Assembly (NCBI GenBank): GCA_964016885.1
Contig: OZ024740.1
Span: 281,356,001-281,420,000, forward strand
Reading direction: 5' to 3'
DNA from: Eledone cirrhosa
Taxonomy: Eukaryota
DNA: 64,000 bases
The position numbers were made by a program, and so were the translations under genes. Each line of letters opens with the position of its first letter. The first letter of the stretch is position 1. Below, piece by piece: positions 53,601 through 63,300 of the stretch. The notes beneath the pieces are model-generated. The model was not told where the DNA came from and searched no databases. It saw only the letters and a list, made by a program, of their open reading frames with translations.

Positions 53601-53953
53601 CTGACTTGTGGGTTTATGTCGAACACCTGCTGTCGCGTTTAGGACGGATCCAGCTATCATCTGAGTCTATCGTGAGGATTGCCCCGCCCTCCTCCTTTAG
53701 CCGGGAAGGGCAGGCAGTTTTTATCTGTCTGGTGGCCATGGCGAAAGAGATAGTATGGTGGACACGTTTGAAAGGGCTGAAGACGAGCACTTACCTCTTC
53801 GGTGATGCTCTGATTGACTTTTTCAAATTTCATTTGAAAAGGAAAATCAGAGTAGAGAAGGAAGTGCTCTCTTCCCAGCATTTTGTTGAAAGATGGGTGA
53901 GAGAAGCAAGAATGGCCCGAGTGAATGGGCCGACTCTGAGTATATATCTGTAA
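50699..53953 (+). pseudogene. ORF2 (APE-RT-CCHC) of copy A1 lacking the N-terminal part of the endonuclease
   Basis: Open 1083-aa frame, but the first about 55 codons including the INARG and SETR motifs are missing. Confidence 0.85.
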
Positions 53954-54213
53954 ACTAAAGGTGGAAAACTGGGAGAGGGCACTTGCCTTGGTGGTCAGGG
54001 TCATTGTGGCTTTTTACTGGGCTTTCTCCACAAATGTCCCTCCGAAGTCTCCCCCCTATTGGGGAATTTTTCATTGTTATTTTCATTGTTATTTTTGTTA
54101 CATCCTCTGTTTTTGTTTTTTTACACGCAGAAATGCCCATTTGTACCGTCCTGCATTGTCCTGCACTGTCCTTAATGTCTACTTTATGTAAACCCTTGTG
54201 GTTAATAAAGAAA

Positions 54214-54254
<41 letters not shown>

Positions 54255-54467
54255 GAATGCCATGGTTGACGGAGGCTCGGCTCTGTAAGGTATAGTAATT
54301 TTTAACCGTTAAAACAATTGTAAATTGTTTAAAACTTGAACCAAATTGTTGATAAAGACACCCTCCTCCTCGTGAGAGGGGTCTTTCTGTCCGTTATTTG
54401 GCCCTTCGGGGTTAAATAACCAGTTATTGGGGTTTTGTAGCCAAAATTTCATTTTAAACAAAAAAAC

Positions 54468-56540
54468 ATGGCTACCAAAAAGAAATTTCATACGTCACTC
54501 CCACTCATTCCGTCTTCTTCTTCCTCAATCATCACTACAGCAGAGAGAAGATTGTCTCTCTCCCTCCCTTCTTTAAATGTGTCTCTCTCCCTCCCTTCTC
54601 TTTCGCAAGTGACGAAAGAAAAGAAAAGTCTCGTGCAAAGCGTGCAAGGTTTCTCCACGACGACGACGACAGCGACGAAACAGGTGTGCGGGAAATACGA
54701 AAACCCAGTTCATTCGTCTGACGTCAGGAATAATAGCAGTAGCAGCCGTAATAACAACTGCAACAGTGACAATGAAAACAACAGTAGCAGCCGCAACAGC
54801 ATCACCAGCAGCATAAACAACAACAGCATTAGCAGCAACAGCGGCGGAGGCAGTAGTCGTAGTACCTGCAGCAACAACAAAAGTACCAGCAGCTCTGACG
54901 ACAACAACAACAGCAGAGAAAAACCAATCTCATTTGCAGGTATTGCGAAAAACTTGGAAACAATCCTCATAACAAATGAGGAATTAGAGGAAGCGAAGAA
55001 GATGGTGACAAAGAACGGACACCGAGCAATCTGCAAGGCAGCGGAAACATTTTTCAAAACCCAAGAGCACTGTACGGTCACGTACCGTACAGTAAGTACA
55101 AAATCCCGTAGGGTGGAAAGAGCCACAGAGGCCCAAATACAAAAAGCCTTGGGGTCTGTGTGGCAGCGGAAAACGCACATCACCCGAGGCAAAAAATATG
55201 CCACCGTAGACGTACTTTTTGCCACACCCCAGGAGGCAAAGGCCCAATCAGTAGTGACCCTAAGGAGCGAGGAAATGGTGTTGGTGCCCTCCTACTGCGG
55301 GCAAAAAATTGTGAGGGTCAAACTGACCCACGTCCCCCCCGGAATGACCCCTTCTTGGCTGGCCGCGTCTGTCCTAATCGGAATCGAGGACAAAACAACT
55401 GTACTGCAAGTACAGAAAAAAGTAAGAGAAGATTGGGTCGGCTCCTCCATTGAGATGCTAATCCAAACCAACCAGGAGTGCATCGAAGCTATCCCGGATG
55501 TGATAGACTTCGATAACGGCACTCAACTGCCCATAAGTGTTGAGGGCAAACGCCCGAAATGCTTTCGCTGTGGATCGAAGACTCACCTCAGGGCCTTCTG
55601 CAACGAGAAGACCCTGAGAAAGGAGAAAACCCCCCTCCTTCCGAATCCGGCTCCACGGCTACCAGCAACAGGACAAGCGGCAACCAGGAACGATAGGTCC
55701 GTGGCACCCATACCCACGCCACGGAAATCAAAAACAGCAGCAGCAGTGGAAATATTAACAACAACAACAGCAATACCAAATGCAGCTGCAACAGAGACTC
55801 CAGTGCAAACATCACCAACAACAACAAGTGAAAGAGTGGAGCTGGTACCCCTCCCCGACCTCACAGAATCAGACATGGAGTGTGAGGTGGGAGAGGGATG
55901 GCAAAAGGTCGCAAGAAGGCACAAACGCAGAAGCAGCGCATCGTCGCCTTTGAAAAGGGAGGAAAGAAATGAGAAAAGGGTAAAGTCTACTGCAAAGAGA
56001 CCCACAGCAGCAACAACACCAACACCATCACCACCCACACTAGCACCACCATCACCACCGGCGACAACCCCACCGCCAACAACACCTTCAACACCACCAC
56101 CACAAGCACCAACATCGCAAACACAACAACAAAACACACACACCCAGCAACAACGACAAGAAAATAGCAGAACCACACCCCACCCCCAGAAAAACAAATG
56201 CACGGCAATAAATACACACAACAAGAAACTAATGACTTACATAATTGAACACACAGACATTTCACAACAGGACTACATAATACCAGCACCAATCAAAACG
56301 CCAACTAACATAAGACTGCTAAAAATAGCACAGAAACAATACACAAACATTAAAACGAAATTCCCCAACGCAGTTGGTGATTTCAGGGACCTAGGAGGAA
56401 CCATCAATCGAAGAGTATACTCAGACATTCTCTTAGAAGAGCCGACGACCAGCCGAAGGGACGATTCAACGGTCCCTTCACCAGACGATCAAGTGAAAAG
56501 GGATGTAAAAACCATCCCTCCTCTACCAAAAGTACGGTAA
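54468..56540 (+). CDS. ORF1 nucleic-acid-binding protein (low-complexity N-terminus, probable RRM-like core, CCHC knuckle, Pro/Thr-rich tail), 690 aa
   Basis: Open frame, CFRCGSKTHLRAFC, and position upstream of APE-RT. Confidence 0.9.
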   Translation: MATKKKFHTSLPLIPSSSSSIITTAERRLSLSLPSLNVSLSLPSLSQVTKEKKSLVQSVQGFSTTTTTATKQVCGKYENPVHSSDVRNNSSSSRNNNCNSDNENNSSSRNSITSSINNNSISSNSGGGSSRSTCSNNKSTSSSDDNNNSREKPISFAGIAKNLETILITNEELEEAKKMVTKNGHRAICKAAETFFKTQEHCTVTYRTVSTKSRRVERATEAQIQKALGSVWQRKTHITRGKKYATVDVLFATPQEAKAQSVVTLRSEEMVLVPSYCGQKIVRVKLTHVPPGMTPSWLAASVLIGIEDKTTVLQVQKKVREDWVGSSIEMLIQTNQECIEAIPDVIDFDNGTQLPISVEGKRPKCFRCGSKTHLRAFCNEKTLRKEKTPLLPNPAPRLPATGQAATRNDRSVAPIPTPRKSKTAAAVEILTTTTAIPNAAATETPVQTSPTTTSERVELVPLPDLTESDMECEVGEGWQKVARRHKRRSSASSPLKREERNEKRVKSTAKRPTAATTPTPSPPTLAPPSPPATTPPPTTPSTPPPQAPTSQTQQQNTHTQQQRQENSRTTPHPQKNKCTAINTHNKKLMTYIIEHTDISQQDYIIPAPIKTPTNIRLLKIAQKQYTNIKTKFPNAVGDFRDLGGTINRRVYSDILLEEPTTSRRDDSTVPSPDDQVKRDVKTIPPLPKVR

Positions 56541-56575
56541 GTGGTCTTTCCCATCTTTTCCACTCTATTTTAAAC

Positions 56576-59500
56576 ATGACCTCACTCAGAATAGGCAGCA
56601 TAAATGCGCGTGGCTTGGGGTCGTCATGGAAGCAGGGTCACCTGCTCAACGACCTCAGGTCACTAAACATAGATGTAGTGGCCATCAGCGAGACCAGAAT
56701 CTCCGAAGCACGGGCCTTCGTACCGATCTTCGGCGGCTACGATGTGTACGCATCTCCCAGCCGTCCTGGATCGGGTGGAGGAGTTGCTGTGCTTTTTCGG
56801 AGAGGTTTGGATCTCGCCATACGGGCCATCTTCCTGGACCCAGAGGGTAAGCTGGTGGTGCTGGACGTGACCAGCGGAGACGGGCAAGCTTTCAGGCTAG
56901 TGGCCGTCTATGCCCCGACAGGAGCAGGGCGGTCTGATTTCTTCCGGCGTCTGGAGACCTTTCTTGGAACGTCCCGCTCTTTAGTGTTAGTGGGCGACTG
57001 GAACGGGATCTTAGATGCACGCTGGGACTGTGTGGGATTAGCGGATAGGGGTGGAGGGTGCAAGAGCCTCACCAACCTGCTCAGGCGTTTTGAACTGTCT
57101 GACAGGTACCGATTGGATTTCCCGAATGTGCCAATGTGGACTTGGACAAACCGCATAGGGTCATCCAGATCATATCTAGATAGAGTATTTTGTAGGGAAA
57201 TAGATAGGTCTAGCATAGGCTGTCCACAATTCAAGATAGTCAGCTACACGGACCACAAATTCGTGACCTGTGTGCTTGACTTAGATAGGCTTCATAGACG
57301 AGGACCCGGCTACTGGAAGCTAAACGCCTCCTTACCAGCGCGCAAGGCCTACAGAGACCGGATTAGCGAACTAGTTAAGCGGGCGTTGACGGGGGCCATC
57401 GTCAACAACAAGTGGTGGTTTGCTCTGAAAAGAGCGATTAGAATAGAATCGATTAGGTTTAGTAAGGCTTTAGCAATAGAGAAAAATAGAGCAGAGGGAG
57501 AACTAGTTAGAAAATTAGACGAGGCGCTTAGCAAAGGCATTGCGACCGACGTGCTTGCGGCGAAATTGGCCCTTGACCAATTCTTCAATGCAAAGCACGA
57601 AGGCTGCGTTGTCAGAGCTAGGGTGCGTGCTCTCAGACACGAGGGGACGAAAGCCGTTCAATGGGCCCGAGTGGCGGAGGCGCGTCGTGGCAACAATGCC
57701 ACGATCCGGTCTTTGGTGGACCACGACGGGCGCATGCTACTCGATCCCGGGCAAATGTGTGAAGCTTTTCAGCGACACTTCGCTCAGCTGTTCGGGGGCA
57801 GCGGGGGGCCGGGTAGAGGGATGGACTTTAGTGTCTACCTCGACGGACTGCCGCGGCTCTCGGCCACTGAGGCGAGGTGTTGCGAAAAGCCGATAACAGC
57901 CGCTGAAGTACGGGAGGCAATGACTGGCTGCACAAGGGGTAAATCGCCTGGTTTGGATGGTCTGCCCTATGAACTTTACGTACAGATGCCAGACTTGTTC
58001 GGAGGCCTCTTGGCGGACGTCTACTGCAACTGGCAACAGAACGGGAGAATTCCCAGTTCTGTGAGCCGAGGAGCGGTGGCACTGCTGAGAAAGGATCCGA
58101 ACAAGGGGGATAACATAGACAATTTCCGGCCCATAACTCTGCTAAACACAGAGTTTAGGATTTTGGCCGGGGTGCTAGCGGAGAGGTTGGCGCTTGTCGT
58201 TGGTGGTCTGGTGGGAGAGGCGCAGACATGCGCCATTCCCGACAGATCCATCCACGACAACCTCCACCTCATGCGATACATCGTAGAGGGGGTAGCTAGG
58301 GAACCTGGCACGGGTGGGTCCTTGATCAATTTAGATCAGTCGAAAGCTTTCGATAGGGTCGACCATCGTTACCTAGCGGCAGTCCTGAGGGCGGCTGGCT
58401 TTGGGCCCGTCTTCAGAGGCTGGATCGCTGCCATGCACAGCGACATCTGCTCTGTGGTGAGAGTGAACGGTCACCTGTCGGAACCGTTCAACATCATGCG
58501 CTCGGTCCGCCAAGGATGTCCCCTCTCGTCCCTCTTGTACGTATTGACTCTCGAGCCATTACTGCACAAACTGGAGACGTTGAGGGGAGTCCCGCGCGAA
58601 CTAGGATGCGGAAGATCCGTGTCAGCATATGCGGACGATGTCACCGTAGTGGTGTCGAACGCCAAACACATCGAGGCGATCGGCACTACACTAAGAGAAT
58701 ACGAAGCGGTGACAGGAGCAATGATCAACCAGGAAAAGTCAGTGGGCCTGCAGCTCGGCACCTGGAGAGGCAGGTCCATGCCGTCCAACAGCGTCGTCGG
58801 ACGCTGGACGGACGGACCGGTTAAATTGCTAGGGGTCTGGTTCGGTCCGGACCTCCAGACGGACAAAAACTGGGACGAGGTGACGAGCAGGGTGGCTTCT
58901 CTCACCCAGAAATGGGCCGAGAGGAAGCTATCCCTGAAAGGTCGAGCGGAGGTGGCTAACGCGTACATCGCGTCCGTCATCTGCTACCGCCTGACCGTCG
59001 TACCTTGTCCTAAGCCTCGCCTGACTGCGCTGGAGCGTTTGCTCTTTCGCTTTTTGTGGAAGGGACGCGCTCCGATGGTCAGGCGGTCCATCTGTTGTCA
59101 ACACCCGCTACGTGGAGGGCTGGGCATGCCGTGGCTGATGATGCGCAGGCACGCGCTCAGGCTACGACATCTCCACCTCTTCCTCGACGGTGATCAGGTG
59201 TGGTCGCCGTTTGCTAGACGCGTTTTTCCCCAGCTCGTTTCCTTGACGGAGCTGCAGTCCTGGGTCAAGCGAAGACCGAGAGGGAGCGCCTGGAGACTGG
59301 AATGTCTTCAGGCGCTCACAGCCCTCGACCAATCGGGCAATGTGATCGGTGGAAACTCCACCTCGGCGTTCTATAGAGGATTAGTGGAGGGGAAGAGCGA
59401 CGACGTACTTGGGGAAACTCTAGGCGTCGACGAAAATCAACTAGCCAATCTCTTCGGAAGAACTTTCGGGCCAGGGCCTATGGACAACTTCCAGAAATCT

Positions 59501-59995
59501 CTGGCCTGGCAGTGCTACCGAGGAGCCTTGCCAGTTCGGGATAAACTCTACAGGCATGGAGGTGCCGTCAGTCGGGCATGTCCGAGATGCGCGCAGGGCG
59601 ACGAAACCGTCCTGCACGCACTCGTCCAGTGTCCGAAAATTGCTGACTTGTGGGTTTATGTCGAACACCTGCTGTCGCGTTTAGGACGGATCCAGCTATC
59701 ATCTGAGGCCATCGTGAGGATTGCCCCGCCCTCCTCCTTTAGCCGGGAAGGGCAGGCAGTTTTTATCTGTCTGGTGGCCATGGCGAAAGAGATAGTATGG
59801 TGGACACGTTTGAAAGGGCTGAAGACGAGCACTTACCTCTTCGGTGATGCTCTGATTGACTTTTTCAAATTTCATTTGAAAAGGAAAATCAGAGTAGAGA
59901 GGGAAGTGCTCTCTTCCCAGCATTTTGTTGAAAGATGGGTGAGAGAAGCAAGAATGGCCCGAGTGAATGGGCCGACTCTGAGTATATATCTGTAA
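56576..59995 (+). CDS. ORF2 apurinic-type endonuclease / reverse transcriptase / C-terminal zinc knuckle, 1139 aa
   Basis: SINARGL, ISETR, LVGDWN, YLDR, YTDH (APE); GYWKLN; KSPGLDGL, NFRPITLLN, DQSKAFDRV, VRQGCPLS, YADD (RT); CPRC..ETVLHALVQC. Confidence 0.96.
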   Translation: MTSLRIGSINARGLGSSWKQGHLLNDLRSLNIDVVAISETRISEARAFVPIFGGYDVYASPSRPGSGGGVAVLFRRGLDLAIRAIFLDPEGKLVVLDVTSGDGQAFRLVAVYAPTGAGRSDFFRRLETFLGTSRSLVLVGDWNGILDARWDCVGLADRGGGCKSLTNLLRRFELSDRYRLDFPNVPMWTWTNRIGSSRSYLDRVFCREIDRSSIGCPQFKIVSYTDHKFVTCVLDLDRLHRRGPGYWKLNASLPARKAYRDRISELVKRALTGAIVNNKWWFALKRAIRIESIRFSKALAIEKNRAEGELVRKLDEALSKGIATDVLAAKLALDQFFNAKHEGCVVRARVRALRHEGTKAVQWARVAEARRGNNATIRSLVDHDGRMLLDPGQMCEAFQRHFAQLFGGSGGPGRGMDFSVYLDGLPRLSATEARCCEKPITAAEVREAMTGCTRGKSPGLDGLPYELYVQMPDLFGGLLADVYCNWQQNGRIPSSVSRGAVALLRKDPNKGDNIDNFRPITLLNTEFRILAGVLAERLALVVGGLVGEAQTCAIPDRSIHDNLHLMRYIVEGVAREPGTGGSLINLDQSKAFDRVDHRYLAAVLRAAGFGPVFRGWIAAMHSDICSVVRVNGHLSEPFNIMRSVRQGCPLSSLLYVLTLEPLLHKLETLRGVPRELGCGRSVSAYADDVTVVVSNAKHIEAIGTTLREYEAVTGAMINQEKSVGLQLGTWRGRSMPSNSVVGRWTDGPVKLLGVWFGPDLQTDKNWDEVTSRVASLTQKWAERKLSLKGRAEVANAYIASVICYRLTVVPCPKPRLTALERLLFRFLWKGRAPMVRRSICCQHPLRGGLGMPWLMMRRHALRLRHLHLFLDGDQVWSPFARRVFPQLVSLTELQSWVKRRPRGSAWRLECLQALTALDQSGNVIGGNSTSAFYRGLVEGKSDDVLGETLGVDENQLANLFGRTFGPGPMDNFQKSLAWQCYRGALPVRDKLYRHGGAVSRACPRCAQGDETVLHALVQCPKIADLWVYVEHLLSRLGRIQLSSEAIVRIAPPSSFSREGQAVFICLVAMAKEIVWWTRLKGLKTSTYLFGDALIDFFKFHLKRKIRVEREVLSSQHFVERWVREARMARVNGPTLSIYL

Positions 59996-60260
59996 ACTAA
60001 AGGTGGAAAACTGGGAGAGGGCACTTGCCTTGGTGGTCAGGGTCATTGTGGCTTTTCACTGGGCTTTCTCCACAAATGTCCCTCCGAAGTCTCCCCCCTA
60101 TTGGGGAATTTTTCATTGTTATTTTTTATTGTTATTTTTGTTACATCCTCTGTTTTTTTTTTTTTTTTTACACGCAGAAATGCCCATTTGTACCGTCCTC
60201 CATTGTTCTGCACTGTCCTTAATGTCTACTTTATGTAAACCCTTGTGGTTAATAAAGAAA

Positions 60261-60310
<50 letters not shown>

Positions 60311-63300
60311 GGCGACCTACGTAGTAAATCGTACTATCGTGAGCTCCGCAAAGGTTTGTTATTTTCAGTGGTTTAAAATTGCCATTTATGGAAAAATGTT
60401 ATTGTTAACTGTACATAAGTGCACATACATTGTTATCTGAAAAGGACACCCAAAAAGATTGGGGCATTGAGCCCAAAATTTAAACTTTTATAATTATCAA
60501 ACAAATATTTTTCTTTGAAAAATCATGGACGACTCCAGGTCACACCTTCCTCACAAACTAACACCTCACACCGACACCACCATTGTAAATATTACTACGT
60601 TTGCCAACACTAAAAATATAAGCAGTAGCAATATTTTAAATTTGTCTCAAGCAGACATTCATTTCCCGCCATTACCAATGACTGCAGGTGTTAAAGCCGC
60701 CACCTCCACCACCACCACAGCGACAACAGAAACAAAAGAAAAAATAAATTAACTCGTGATATCGAAATGAATTCAACCAAATTGAACTCTTCCACACCGA
60801 ACACAACTGACGCCACCGCCACCACAATTGAAACTAAAATTAACAATAAAAAAATAACGATAACAACAACAGCAACAATGAAATTAATAAAACCACCCTG
60901 AGTTGCAAAACAGTGCGAAGTATTTCAGGTAACTCAGGAGGAATTAGAAGAAGCCAAAAAATGGTAAAAAATGGTAAACATAAAATCGCGCCGAGTGGAA
61001 CGGGCATCCGAGTCCCAAATCCAAAAAGCTTTGGGACATGTGTGGGCAAAAAAAACCCACATCAGACGTGGGCAGAAATATGGAACCGTGGACGTGTTCT
61101 TTGAAACACCACAGGAGGCTAGAGAGCACTCCATGGCCCCATTAAGAAGTGACGACTTCACACTCGTCCCAACCATCGAAACACCGGCCATCGAAACTCC
61201 CTGGCTAATAGCTGCCCTCCTCGCCGGCATCGAAGCCAACATCAAGATAATCGAAATAGCGAAAGAAAAGCAGGAGAACTGGTCCGGATCTGGGATGGAG
61301 CTCCTGATCCAAGCGGACCAAAAAAGCATTGAGGAGTTCCCAGAGGTAATAGACCTCACTGATGGCAGCCACCTCACCGTGATCGTCGAGGGCAGAAGGC
61401 GTAGGTGTGTCGTTTGTGGTGAAGGAACCCACCTAAGGCCTTCTGCCCTCAGGCTAAAAGCTTTAGGCCACCTCTCTTACCCACCCCAGTGACTCAACCA
61501 TCAACACAACCAGCAGTGACTCAACCATCAACACAACCATGGCACCAACAACTGTAGCAGCAACAACAGAAGCAACTGTAACAGCAACAACCCCAGCAAC
61601 AGTAGCAAAACCAAAACCACCACCACCCAACGCTTCAGAACTAGCACCAGCGCCTACACCATCCACCACACAACAACCAAAACTAACTTCCCGGCGTATC
61701 ACAACTGGAGACAGATTGTGACGACGAGAAGTGGGAAACGGTATCAGGAAAAAAGAAAAAAAAGAAACCAAAAAAGAAAAAATTCTCTTCCTTCCCCCTC
61801 CAAAAACAAAATACAGAGGGAAACAAATAAATTAACAAACAAAAAAGTTAGGACAGATATGCCACCATCTACACCAGCATCACCAACCCCATCACCACAA
61901 ACACCAACACCATCACCATCATTAACCCCAACATCATCATTACCAACACCACAAAAGTCACCAAAAAGCGTAACAGAAACAAACCCACAACAAACGCAAA
62001 CAAAACAAAACAACCAAAACGATACATACTACACAGCATTAAATTTGAACAACAACCAATTATTACACTACATGCAACACAACACCAGGATCACAGAAAA
62101 AACTACACAACAACCCAAAAGTTCACACCACCTCCACACATACAAATCACTCGAATCACACAGAAAACGTACACGACACTAAAACAAAAATTCCCCAAAG
62201 ACATCGGAGACTTCCGACAAGCACTCTCCAGGAGGATTTATAAGGACATCCTTCCGGAGGAGGCCACAAGCAGTGAAAAGGATGGAGAAACCATCCTTCC
62301 TCTACGAGAAGTAAGGTAAGTGGTCTTTCCCATATTTTCCACTCCATTTCAACATGACCTCACTCAGAATAGGCAGCATAAATGCGAGTGGCTTGGGGTC
62401 GTCATGGAAGCAGGGCCACCTGCTCAACGACCTCAGGTCACTAAACATAGATGTAGTGGCCATCAGCGAGACCAGAATCTCCGAAGCAAGGGCCTTCGCA
62501 CCGATCTTCGACAGGAGCAGGCGGCCTGATTTCTTCCGGCGTCTGGAGACCTTTCTTGGAACGTCCCGCTCTCTAGTGTTAGTGGGCGACTGGAACGGGA
62601 TCTTAGATGCACGCTGGGACTGTATGGGATTAGCGGATAGGAGAGGAGGGTGCAAGTGTCTCACCAACCTGCTCACGCGTTTTGAACTGTCTGACAGGTA
62701 CCGATTGGATTTCCCGAATGTGCCAATGTGGACTTGGACAAATCGCATTGGGTCATCCAGATCATATCTAGATAGAGTATTTTGTAGGGAAAGAAATAGG
62801 TCTAGCATAGGCTGTCCACAATTCAAGATAGTCAGCTACACGGACCACAAATTCGTGATCTGTGTGCTTGACTTAGATAGGCTTCATAGACGAGGACCTG
62901 GCTACTGGAATCTAAACGCATCCTTACCAGCGCGCAAGGCCTACAGAGACCGGATTAGCGAACTAGTTAAGCGGGCATTGACGGGGGCCATCGTCAACAA
63001 CAAGTGGTGGTTTGCTCTGAAAAGAGCGATTAGAATAGAGTCCATTAGATTTAGCAAGGCTTTAGCAATAGAGAAAAATAGAGCAGAGGGAGAACTAGTT
63101 AAAAAATTAGACGAGGCGCTTAGCAAAGGCATCGCGACCGACGTACTTGCGGCGAAATTGGCCCTTGACCAATTCTTCAATGCAAAGCACGAAGGCTGCG
63201 TTGTCAGAGCTAGGGTGCGTGTCTCAGACACGAGGGTACGAAAGCCGTTCAATGAGTCTGTGTGGCGGAGGCGCGTCGTGGCAACAAAGCCACGATCCGG

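Larger units (their letters stand above)
48566..54254 (+). mobile_element. Tx1-type element copy A1 (ORF1 frameshift, 375-bp deletion over the ORF1/ORF2 junction)
   Basis: Nearly identical to 54255-60310. The junction ttccc|gatgtg at 50698 removes the equivalent of 56366-56740. Confidence 0.95.
54255..60310 (+). mobile_element. Full-length Tx1-type (L1 clade) non-LTR retrotransposon with two open ORFs (copy A2)
   Basis: 213-nt 5'UTR, ORF1, 35-nt spacer, ORF2, 3'UTR, AATAAA and (ATT)n at 60263-60310. Confidence 0.96.

Noticed and set aside
50866-59668. Antisense and alternate-frame ORFs within the LINEs
   Set aside because: They are shadow frames of GC-rich coding sequence, repeated only because the copies are near-identical.
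48566-60310. A1/A2 as an assembly duplication
   Set aside because: They differ by multiple substitutions and indels, including a 375-bp deletion.
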